Below, piece after piece: positions 1-8,848 of a DNA stretch of 42,581 nucleotides. This DNA comes from Trichomonas gallinae (taxonomy: Eukaryota). Each line of letters starts with the position of its first letter. Within the stretch, counting starts at the first letter, position 1. A program made the translations under genes and the position numbers. The notes beneath the pieces are model-generated. The model saw nothing but the letters and a program-made list of their open reading frames with translations. It was not told the DNA's origin and made no database searches. The stretch is taken from NCBI GenBank assembly GCA_008369845.1, contig MRSU01003724.1, forward strand, positions 1-42,581, read 5' to 3'.

Positions 1-72
1 CTTTGGATGCTGGCGTTCACCATCGACGGCTGTCTTTGTTGCTGTCTTCTTAACACCCTTCTTAGCTGGCAT
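1..72 (-). CDS. H2A: Histone H2A, 5' end (truncated by window edge)
   Basis: Manual translation MPAKKGVKKTATKTAVDGERQHPK from ATG at 72; Lys-rich histone-like tail, head-to-head with H2B, Inr TCATT at 81-85 (-). The histone fold lies outside the window. Confidence 0.8.
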   Translation of the reverse strand, partial: MPAKKGVKKTATKTAVDGERQHPK

Positions 73-227
73 TAATAAATAATGAACTGATCAAAACCCC
101 GCCAAAAAAACGCCGCCGAAATTGAGGGTGTGTAAAGTGTCAGGACAAAAATGGCGGGGAAAAAGTGAAAAAAGGCGGGAAAATCTTCTCAATTTATGGC
201 GGGCGAATTTTGAGTTCATTATTTGAA
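73..227. promoter_or_regulatory. Bidirectional histone promoter with mirror-image TGGCGGG-N9-AGTTCATT modules
   Basis: TGGCGGGgttttgatcAGTTCATT (81-104, -) and TGGCGGGcgaattttgAGTTCATT (197-220, +); extra GGCGGGAAAA copies at 154-163 and 174-183. Confidence 0.8.
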
Positions 228-617
228 ATGTCTTCAAAGAAGCCAGCATCTAAGACACCAACAGAGAAGAAGCCAGCCGTCGAGGGAGTCGATGCCGCTA
301 ACGCTGCCAAGCAGGATAAGAAGCTCCGCCACAAGAAGCGTGCTGAAACATTCTCATCCTACATCTTCAAGGTTCTTAAGCAGGTCCACCCAGATATTGG
401 TATCTCCAACAAGGCTATGATGGTCATGAACTCCTTCGTTACAGATATCTTCGAGAGAATCGCCCAGGAAGGTGCTCGTCTCGTCGATATGAACGAACGT
501 AACACACTCGGTTCCCGCGAAGTTCAAACAGCCGTCCGTCTCGTTCTTCCAGGCGATCTTGCCAAGCACGCTGTTTCTGAAGGTGGCAAGGCCGTCGCTA
601 AGTTCAACGCTGAGTAA
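228..617 (+). CDS. H2B: Histone H2B
   Basis: [25 protein letters not shown]...[23 protein letters not shown] signature; ATG at 228 follows Inr TCATT 216-220; stop lies in TAAA. Confidence 0.98.
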   Translation: MSSKKPASKTPTEKKPAVEGVDAANAAKQDKKLRHKKRAETFSSYIFKVLKQVHPDIGISNKAMMVMNSFVTDIFERIAQEGARLVDMNERNTLGSREVQTAVRLVLPGDLAKHAVSEGGKAVAKFNAE

Positions 618-1274
618 ACTATTTATCCATTTTTTTGTCCGAAATCTACTGATATTTTTCATTACTACAATGTTTTATTGAAAATATTACTTTAATTATT
701 TGATAAAATAGGGTAAATGTATTGTTTTGTAGAGTAAATTATATAGGTAAGTGATGAATATTTGGTTTTTGTGTGATTTTGTGCTTGATTTTAATTTTTT
801 GTGAAAATATTGAACTAATTATTGGTAAATCTAAGCTTAAAGGGAATTTGTATGTGATAAATTCATTTTATGTGTTGAATAATAATGATTTTGTCGTGTA
901 TTTGTTGGATAACAAATGAAAATTAGACAGATTCGATTGAAACAATATGAAAAATGATTTTCAAAACAATTTAAAGCAGGGTAATTCATTGTTGCAGCCT
1001 AAAATGGAATATGTTGAATTATATGATTTTTCAAAAAATTGATTTTTTGATGTTGATTAGAGCAAAATAGACCAATTTGTTATGATTTTTTTGATTCTTC
1101 AAAAATGTTGCCGTTTAAAAAAAATAAGACCAAAAAAGAAGCCTCAATTTGGGTTGTTTTGAACTAATAAACGCCAGTTATTAGGTTATATGCATGGAAA
1201 AATAATAAACGTCGAATATCAGAAAAAAATATGGTGGGTAAAAAGTAGAAGTAGTTATAAGATAAGTCCGAGAT

Positions 1275-2048
1275 TTAAATAAATCTTTGTTTGGTGAAGT
1301 TCTTACGAAGTCCACCAGGAATTGAGAATTCTATCGAAATTTTTGAGCCTAACAACATTTTTCCATTCATGTTCTTGAGAGCATTATGTGCGCACCTTGT
1401 ATCCCAGTATTCAATAAACCTCTGGGAGGGCTTCGAGGGAGTTCCTCGAATTTGTCTTATCTCGCCAAAGGTGCAGAAGATGGTCTCAAGTTGGGTATTT
1501 GTGATTGACGGGTCGAGATGGAAGATTACTATTGTTCCATTGTTTGGTGGTTTTTGGCTTGGAGTATTATTTGGTGGTGGAGGTGAGTATCTAACTTCCA
1601 TAGGGAGGCCAGAGAGAGTTTGTTTATCGAGATGATATCTGAAGTATTGTGCGTGTCGTAAGTCGAAAAATTCGATTAAAACGATTTTTTTCTGGTATTT
1701 CTGCGCGCTTTTTATTGGAACTGATGTCGGTATAAAGCCTTTTACCAGTTCGAGGGAGACATTTTCAGGCAAATTCCTGATACTTAAAGTTCTGCTTTCA
1801 ATTTCAGGGCAATCGCGTTTATCTATATTATTGGTTTCGTTCGATGGAGTTTCCAGACCAAGAAATTCAAGTGTTGAAGTCGGATCTTGCGACAGAAATG
1901 CAGGAAGCGATGGAGATCTTGGCATGAACGTTGGATAGATCGGTAAAATTGTAGACGGTATATCAGGGCTATCCTGCATCGCCAATTGCACAAATGAATT
2001 CATCTGAGGAGGCGTCTGTATGAAGTCTCCCCAGTCGTCTGAAAACAT
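1275..2048 (-). CDS. Two-RRM RNA-binding protein (Mei2-like RRM pair)
   Basis: SRTLSIRNLP...IEFFDLRHA and NNGTIVIFHLD...FGEIRQIR...QRFIEYWDTRCAHNAL...IEFSIPGG resemble Mei2-family RRM1/2; first ATG at 2048. Confidence 0.85.
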   Translation of the reverse strand: MFSDDWGDFIQTPPQMNSFVQLAMQDSPDIPSTILPIYPTFMPRSPSLPAFLSQDPTSTLEFLGLETPSNETNNIDKRDCPEIESRTLSIRNLPENVSLELVKGFIPTSVPIKSAQKYQKKIVLIEFFDLRHAQYFRYHLDKQTLSGLPMEVRYSPPPPNNTPSQKPPNNGTIVIFHLDPSITNTQLETIFCTFGEIRQIRGTPSKPSQRFIEYWDTRCAHNALKNMNGKMLLGSKISIEFSIPGGLRKNFTKQRFI

Positions 2049-2501
2049 TAAAAAGTTTACATGATGATCCACCCATTCAATTTTTTTGGAAAACCTTTTT
2101 ACTCTAGATGAAGAATTGTATGTAATGACTGCAAAATTTTATTTGTGAAGTTTACAACCTTATTCAGATTTTTGAATCTTCTTTCAGTCAATAGACAGCG
2201 TTTTGGCTTATTTATCTGCTTTTGTCTCGGATTTAGCAGATTTTCAAGTCATTTCTCTGATATAGTGTTGATTAATCAATTTCGATTTCGATTGTGTTCT
2301 AATTTTATCTTTAAATAGCTAAAATGCTTGTTTTGTATTGAAATATTCATTCGAAATGTGGACAAAATAGAATGATAAATTTTCAATTATGAAATTAGTT
2401 GACGATTTGGCGTAAAAATAAAGCAGTCATTATATTTGTAAAAACAATGTTTATTTCTATAATTCCAACGTAGATTTTGTTGAGTCGGGTTTATTATTTG
2501 T

Positions 2502-2618
2502 TTAGAGACCCATATAGTCGAAAGTTTTGACGACGGTTGATAACACCGCTCCATTGTTCTCTAAGTACTCTATGATCTCCTTGTTGTTGGTCTGATTTGC
2601 AAAAGATAAAGGAGTTTC
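2502..2618 (-). CDS. Split ankyrin gene, coding segment 3 (terminal)
   Basis: Manual translation ETPLSFANQTNNKEIIEYLENNGAVLSTVVKTFDYMGL*, a clean terminal ankyrin repeat missed by the ORF track; stop lies in TAAA. Confidence 0.85.
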   Translation of the reverse strand, partial: ETPLSFANQTNNKEIIEYLENNGAVLSTVVKTFDYMGL

Positions 2619-2783
2619 AATATTATAATATGAATTTCATGAGTTGATTGATGAACGCCTTATTTTGGTGATGAACAGCATAATTGGAATGATGAATCCA
2701 ATAACTAAATTAAATGAATTATATTTGAATAAGATGAATTGCATATGATGAAAAATGAATATGATACTGATATAAAAATGGAC
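2619..2783 (-). repeat. Intervening array 2: eight ~21-nt RTYCAT units (putative micro-intron/micro-exon chain)
   Basis: Unit lengths 23,21,20,22,21,20,21,17 (sum 165), each starting GTCCAT, ATTCAT or GTTCAT on the coding strand; in-frame TGA at 2637-2639. Confidence 0.85.
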
Positions 2784-2873
2784 TAACTTGATATTGACAT
2801 CAGCTCCATTCTCAACAAAGAACTTTACAAGATTAAAATCCTGATTTTTGATTGCAATAGTCAATGGACAGTC
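2784..2873 (-). CDS. Split ankyrin gene, coding segment 2 (30 codons of one repeat)
   Basis: DCPLTIAIKNQDFNLVKFFVENGADVNIKL, 90 nt of intact ankyrin consensus. Confidence 0.85.
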
Positions 2874-3097
2874 ATTAAGAAAAAATGAACTTCAGTAAGG
2901 AAAAATGAACAAATTCATATAGAAAAAATGAATCGTATAACATATAAAAATGAATATGATTAAGAATTGTTGAATCTTATAAGCAAATGTATGAATATAT
3001 TGAAGATATAAGGAATTCTATAGGAAATATAATGAATATAAAGAGATGGATGATGAACTCCATAATTATGATAATGAATTGTATATTTCCATTGTAC
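2874..3097 (-). repeat. Intervening array 1: eleven ~21-nt RTTCA units (putative micro-intron/micro-exon chain)
   Basis: Unit lengths 18,21,21,21,20,21,20,22,23,20,17 (sum 224); first unit starts GTAC, the rest ATTC or GTTC; in-frame stop at 2960-2962. Confidence 0.85.
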
Positions 3098-3913
3098 ATT
3101 TTTCTCATTAATATCAAATCCGTTCTGAATGCAGAAACATGCAGCTTGGTAGTTGCAGTATTTCATGCAATTAGCAACCGAAATAATTTCCACATTGAAA
3201 TGCTCATGAAGCCAATCTGCTACGTCATTTCGATGACACTCAATGCATGTGTTATAGCAGTCACGGAATTTATAGCCTTGATGCTCCAGAATATGAATAA
3301 TTTCGAGATTTCCACCTTCGCATGCTGCCTGGCAAGTTTTTTCACCGATTTCGGCTTCAGATAGAACCAAAAACTTGAAAATGTCTATCGATGCATAGCG
3401 AGCAGCCACATCTATAAGCTTGTATCCATCATAGTCTTTATTGATGCTGAATGTTGGGTGTGTGTAAAATTTATCGAATTCATCTTTCATGTCCCAGCAA
3501 ACTGCGTGTAAAATGCTCTCCTCTGGGAATATAGAGATGCTCTGCTTCGCTGAAATAGAGGAGTACTTGGTCTCTATGATTCCACGCTCACTAAGTATAG
3601 AACCAATGAATGGGTTGAATTTGAAGAATTCTTTCCACTTCAACTCTGCGTAAAAATCTGCCAATTTTTCTCTGCTTTTCTCGCGTTTTGTAGAAACAAT
3701 GTTGATGGCATCGATAATGAATTGCTTTTGGACGAGTCCTGAACTTACTATCTCGTTGACTTTTTCAGCACATTTGATTATTTGATTCTGATTTTTTGGT
3801 AAATCCCAAATAATTTCAGATATTTCGTAGTAGGGGCGGAATATGTCGATAATATCTGCCTCCTGGATGTTTTCTACTATCAAATCGCTGGGCAAAGGCA
3901 ACTTTGTATCCAT
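3098..3913 (-). CDS. Split ankyrin gene, coding segment 1 (trichomonad DUF3447-like ankyrin protein)
   Basis: LIDVAARYASIDIFKFLV...ACEGGNLEIIHILE...CIECHRNDVADWL...CIQNGFDINEKN; the ORF-track tail after NEKN is just translation of array 1. Confidence 0.85.
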
Positions 3914-4910
3914 TTTATATATTTTATCACAATTTTTATCGTCCAGATTTTAATCATTTTGTGTCGACACATATAATATTTTGTGAGTATTGGATAAATC
4001 AACTTTTGGACAGAAATAGAATTAAATTTGCACTACTAAGACCATAAAATATTAATATTTCGTTATATTCATTTCAATTAGTGATTTTTAAATTTGGTCA
4101 TTGAAAAATGTTTTGATGTGACGGCTGTGGGCATAGTAGTATATTATAAATTAGTTAAAAAGGCTATTTTGTTATGTAATTTATCTTTAAAGTGATGCTT
4201 TTCTATATTTAAAATCAAAATTAAACTATTATAAAGTTTTTAAGAACTATGATATGCTAAAACATTTATAGATGTACATATATAGTCTATATATATAGTA
4301 CTATAAGTTGAACTCATTATCATTATTATATCAAATAATTTCATATTTTCATTTGAACTGTGCATCATGAAATATATATATTTTAGGTTAAATAATCTAT
4401 ATTTCTTTCCATTTGTTATTTACTTGATTATAATTTGGATAAAGTTAGGTAATTAGTATAATAAGGGCCCTCTGTCTTAGACACTGAAAATATATAGCGT
4501 TATTACAATTATTATTGAATGCTTACTGAATGGATATTAACTTTGCAAAATATATCATTTTAAAATAGAGTTTAAATGAAAATTATGAACAAATTATCAT
4601 TATCTAAGACGAAAAATAGCCATTGATAGTAATGAAACTGCTCAATTGAGAACGTAAATTTGATCGGAATTAAAACCGATAATGTAAGATTTTTGCTCTT
4701 CCCATTAGCTTAGTCTGGTCCAACAAACACATTTTGTGAGTTGAAATGACGACTAAAATCACGAAGCAATTTTTGTCATGAATAAAAAAAAGATTTTGCT
4801 CTCTTTTTCAGCGCCAGCACGTCCAGACGATGGAGAGCAGCGTATTTTATGCAGAATGTGAAGCAGGAGTTCAAAAATTTTTCGTTTCCGTCTCACTTCA
4901 CTTGATTGTC

Positions 4911-6056
4911 ATGTTTGATGCAAAAACGTTCGCGGAGAGACAGGGAAGACTCTTAGACCTCGTCCCGGAGAAGTATGCGACAATACTTGTGTACGGACGT
5001 GATATAATGAAGAGATTGCCGACAATTCCATATAAATTCCAACAAAATTCGGACTTATTGTACCTCACAGGCTATGACCGTCCAAGTGGAATCCTCGCAC
5101 TAGTCAAGAAAGGCGACAATTATGAATCTGTTCTATTTTTGCCAGAGAAAAATCGCGAATCTGAAAAGTGGGAAGGATTTAGGACTGATTTTGATGTTGC
5201 TAAGAAGCAGACAGGTGTAGATCGCGTCATTTCTATTGATAGTTTCCAATCATCTCTTAAATCTTTATTAACACAAACTTGCTACATCAGCTCCCAAGAC
5301 GGACACCATGTTACAGGACGCGAAAAGAGGATCAGGAAGTATATGGATGAGCTTCGTTCTGTAAAAGATGCAGCAGAAAAAGAATGCATGATGAAAGCAT
5401 GCGAAATTACACATAATGCCATCCTCAAAGCCATTCCAATGATCAAATCCGGCGTCAGAGAAGGTTTAATCGACAGTACAATTAGAAAAGAATGTATTAA
5501 AAACGGTGCAACTGGTTTTGCATTCGAGCCAATTACAGCAACAGGAAAGAATGGCCTTTTCCAGTACTACCCTGGAAAAGATGGAATTATTTCGAAAGGA
5601 GATTCTTTCTTAATCAATTTCGGAGCTGAATACAAGCATTACGCTGCCGATTTCGCTCGCACATATCATGCTGAAGAAGCTCCTCGCGAACATCTCGATC
5701 TTTTGATGATGATTAACGATATCAAGAATACAATGGTAGAATCAACTAAATCTGGCCAGTATATTAGCCTTGACCATATCCATAACGAGAATATGAAGAT
5801 GATCTCCAGAGTTTTGAGAAAATTCAAGATTGGAACCGGTTTGGCTCAAATGAGAGAATTATGCCCAGACCACTCATGCCATTGGATCGGATTGGATATC
5901 TTCGATACCCCGTCCATTTCAACTGAGACACATCTCAAATCTGGAAACGCTTTCACTATTTCTCAAGCGATTTACTTCGATCCAAGCAATAGCAACGTCC
6001 CTCCAGTGTTCAAGGGACTTAGCGTCAGATTTGAAAATACTATTGTATATGAATAA
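4911..6056 (+). CDS. Xaa-Pro aminopeptidase-like protein (M24B), degenerate active site
   Basis: PYKFQQNSDLLYLTG AMP_N motif; GAEYKHYAADFART, HWIGLD and RFEN motifs; tandem Inr TCACT at 4893-4902 favours ATG 4911 over 4830. Confidence 0.88.
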   Translation: MFDAKTFAERQGRLLDLVPEKYATILVYGRDIMKRLPTIPYKFQQNSDLLYLTGYDRPSGILALVKKGDNYESVLFLPEKNRESEKWEGFRTDFDVAKKQTGVDRVISIDSFQSSLKSLLTQTCYISSQDGHHVTGREKRIRKYMDELRSVKDAAEKECMMKACEITHNAILKAIPMIKSGVREGLIDSTIRKECIKNGATGFAFEPITATGKNGLFQYYPGKDGIISKGDSFLINFGAEYKHYAADFARTYHAEEAPREHLDLLMMINDIKNTMVESTKSGQYISLDHIHNENMKMISRVLRKFKIGTGLAQMRELCPDHSCHWIGLDIFDTPSISTETHLKSGNAFTISQAIYFDPSNSNVPPVFKGLSVRFENTIVYE

Positions 6057-6089
6057 AAAAATCTTATATTTACAAACAAACAAAATAAA

Positions 6090-7022
6090 CTAAAACATAG
6101 CGAAATTATTGGTGTCTTTGTATCCTTCGAAGTAAAATGTTTCAACGCCGTCTTCATCTGCAGGCGGAGGCAAATCTTTTGCGAATTTTGAAGAAACGAG
6201 GGAAGTGTGAATGCTAGGCAGCGTAGGCATGGCTGTCTGTGCTTTAGGTCTGTACTTATCGCGCACAATTGCTGATCTCTTCGGTTCTGCCAAAGGAACC
6301 ATTAGAGGGAAATACTGAGGCATTTCTTGGTTATGCTGATATTTGAGTTTGAGCTCTTTAAGCTTCTGCTCTTTCTTTGCTTGATTATCTGTTTGTGCAG
6401 TAAGTTGTTTCTTGAATCTCTGCAAATCTTTCTTTAGAGTGTCTATACTCTGTTCGAATTGCTGTGCAACGACGTCAAGATTGAATTCTGCCTGCTGAAT
6501 TTGATCCTTTAATTGAGAATAAGTTTGATTCACAGATTTCTTGTACATGTCGGAGATATTTCTCTGGAACATGTCGATCAAAGAGTCTACATATTGGCGG
6601 TCAGATTTAGGAGGGAGCTCTGTTAAATCTACCTTTTGCGCGTTTAATTCTTGAAAATTTGAAATAAAAGATCTTAACATTTCATTGAAATCGGTATTTG
6701 ATTGAGCTTTTTCGAGTGTTTCTTTCCAATTCTCATCGTAAAATTGAACTTTGCCCGATAATTTAAAATCTTTTAAAATATCATCATTTGTTGATTCATC
6801 GTCATTTGAATGCATAACTTTTGCTCTCTCAAGTTTTGCAGCAATAGAATCTAATCTCTCTTGCAGTTTTTGTTGCGCTCCGTCAATTATTTTTTTTGAT
6901 TTCGCGTCAATCTGCACACGAGGTGTGAAATACTTCTGTTTTCCGTCTCCACCTTCACCGCCGGCTTTGGGAGAGTTCAAATCCTGCAGAGAAAACCTGC
7001 TTTGCGAATGTCTCCTTTTCAT
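6090..7022 (-). CDS. Hypothetical coiled-coil protein
   Basis: 310-aa ORF from ATG 7022, Q/K/E-rich heptads; AAAGTGAC motif upstream at 7066-7073 (-). Confidence 0.8.
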   Translation of the reverse strand: MKRRHSQSRFSLQDLNSPKAGGEGGDGKQKYFTPRVQIDAKSKKIIDGAQQKLQERLDSIAAKLERAKVMHSNDDESTNDDILKDFKLSGKVQFYDENWKETLEKAQSNTDFNEMLRSFISNFQELNAQKVDLTELPPKSDRQYVDSLIDMFQRNISDMYKKSVNQTYSQLKDQIQQAEFNLDVVAQQFEQSIDTLKKDLQRFKKQLTAQTDNQAKKEQKLKELKLKYQHNQEMPQYFPLMVPLAEPKRSAIVRDKYRPKAQTAMPTLPSIHTSLVSSKFAKDLPPPADEDGVETFYFEGYKDTNNFAMF

Positions 7023-7376
7023 TGTAAAAAAAAAATAATATAAAATAAAACGTGCAAAAATTTTTGTCACTTTTAGTTTCGAAATCCAACTATAACCATT
7101 TCCAGTAAACACCGAAAATATTTGTTATTTTTGTTTTGTAGTATGTTTAGCTTGTTAATCAGCAATTTTGTTCATAATTTTTTTTGGTTATTTAAATATC
7201 AAAGGTTTTTGACTTTTGGAATGAAATTTAGAATATATTATATGTAAAGATGATAAATATTGTAAATTTTTGAGAAATTGGCAAAATTTTTGGAAAATTT
7301 GATAGTTTTAATGTATAACTATGATAGAGCATTTATTGAAGAAAAAACTGTATTTGACGATAGCAATTTTAGAAAA

Positions 7377-8420
7377 ATGTCTGAAGCTGTTTCGAATTTC
7401 GCTATTTTGCCGCTGGTTCAGCCAAACGACGATAACCAAATTATAGATGTGCAGAAGATAAGAAATATTTGCTGTAACACTTTATCAGAGAACCCACCAG
7501 AAGACAGAGCTATCGCGTGGATGGTATTACTCAAAGTGTATCCACCAAATGCGATAGATTGGAATACAACTAAGGACCAAATCAAGTCTCTTTATGAGAT
7601 ATTGATTAGTGAATATCAAGTAGAAAACTGGCAAGATCGAATTTTCCCACCCAATGTCAAAAAAGAAGCATTTGGCCTTGAAAACAATCAACTAATGTCT
7701 GTTATCCACGGTGATATCGTTAGAACGGGTCGTCACATTTACTTTTTACCACCAGAAGATATTCCGGAGGGCTGTGATCCAGAGAGTATTCAGGCACCAT
7801 TCACAGTTCACATGAGGAGGTTAGAGAGAATATTATACGTGTTTGCGAACCAAAATCCTGGACTTTCCTACATGCAAGGCTTCAACGAGTTGTTGGTGCC
7901 TTTATATTTCGTTCTAGTTCAGGCAAAGTCAATGTTTCACGATGATATGCTGCTTATCGAGGCCCTAACTTACTCAATGTTCCAAAATTTGCTAACTTAC
8001 ACAGATTTACAGGAATTTTACGTAACAAAGGACCAATCAACAACAATAGTCAACAAGCTTAAAATATTCGAAAACCTTATGAAGATACATATACCTCAAG
8101 TTTACAAGTTATTAACGAATCTGAATGTTTTCCCTCTTTTATACGCTTACCGATGGTACAACCTTTTATTTTCACAAGAGCATGATCTTCCTGTACTACT
8201 CATGGTCTGGGATTCACTTTTCTCACATATGGATCATATTGTAGAGTATTCTTTCTATATTGGCGTTGCACAAGTCAAGGAAGTCTCTCCTCTACTCGAT
8301 CCAACCAGTTTCCCTAAGACTGTCAACACCCTTCAAAATTTAACAATTCCAAACGCGCTTTCCATCGTTAAGGAGGCAAATATTATGTGGGCCGAGAGGA
8401 AAGAAAAAGGAAAGAAATGA
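7377..8420 (+). CDS. TBC-domain Rab GTPase-activating protein
   Basis: IHGDIVRT (Arg finger), YMQGFNE (Gln finger), YAYRWYNLLFSQE...VWDSLF; start chosen at ATG 7377 is uncertain. Confidence 0.93.
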   Translation: MSEAVSNFAILPLVQPNDDNQIIDVQKIRNICCNTLSENPPEDRAIAWMVLLKVYPPNAIDWNTTKDQIKSLYEILISEYQVENWQDRIFPPNVKKEAFGLENNQLMSVIHGDIVRTGRHIYFLPPEDIPEGCDPESIQAPFTVHMRRLERILYVFANQNPGLSYMQGFNELLVPLYFVLVQAKSMFHDDMLLIEALTYSMFQNLLTYTDLQEFYVTKDQSTTIVNKLKIFENLMKIHIPQVYKLLTNLNVFPLLYAYRWYNLLFSQEHDLPVLLMVWDSLFSHMDHIVEYSFYIGVAQVKEVSPLLDPTSFPKTVNTLQNLTIPNALSIVKEANIMWAERKEKGKK

Positions 8421-8848
8421 TTTTTGAATATTATTGTTATATATTTTTACTTTATACTTTAAGTATGAATGTAAACATCTGTGTTAATATGCATAACTAC
8501 TGGATTCAAACATTAGGGATTAATTAAATAATTACTATTGCTATATTTTATTGAAATTAATATTTTTCCCATAAAAATCTATTTTTGATCAAATATTCCA
8601 TTAAATTATGAAAAATTATGGTGATATTCATTGTGAAATGCGAGTTTTTAATTTTTTTGACAATTATTCTCAAAATAATTTTGTTTTATTATAAATGACA
8701 ATATGATTTATAGAGATAAAAAACGATATTTGAAATGAAGTTAAATTTTACATGACAAAGTGAAGTGATTAATGTCATAAAATCGATGTTTACACGTCAT
8801 AAGATTGATGTAATACAATTTACATGTCATGGAAAGTTTTATTTTTTT

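Noticed and set aside
165..227. N-terminal extension of H2B from GTG 165, and similar TTG/GTG extensions at 2072, 7112, 7278, 8765 and 37876
   Set aside because: Eukaryotic locus; the extensions run through promoter or AT-rich DNA, and downstream ATGs fit better.
2619..3097. Canonical trichomonad spliceosomal introns or CRISPR arrays
   Set aside because: No GTAYGT donor, no ACTAAC...AG acceptor on the coding strand and no AG at the junctions. The conserved core is only ~5 nt, the context is eukaryotic and there are no cas genes.
2987..3364. Plus-strand Met/Asn/Ile-rich 125-aa ORF
   Set aside because: Antisense by-product of the ATGAAT-periodic array and the ankyrin CDS.
4271..4306. TA-rich palindromic stretch
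   Set aside because: Low-complexity (TA)n, expected in this base composition.
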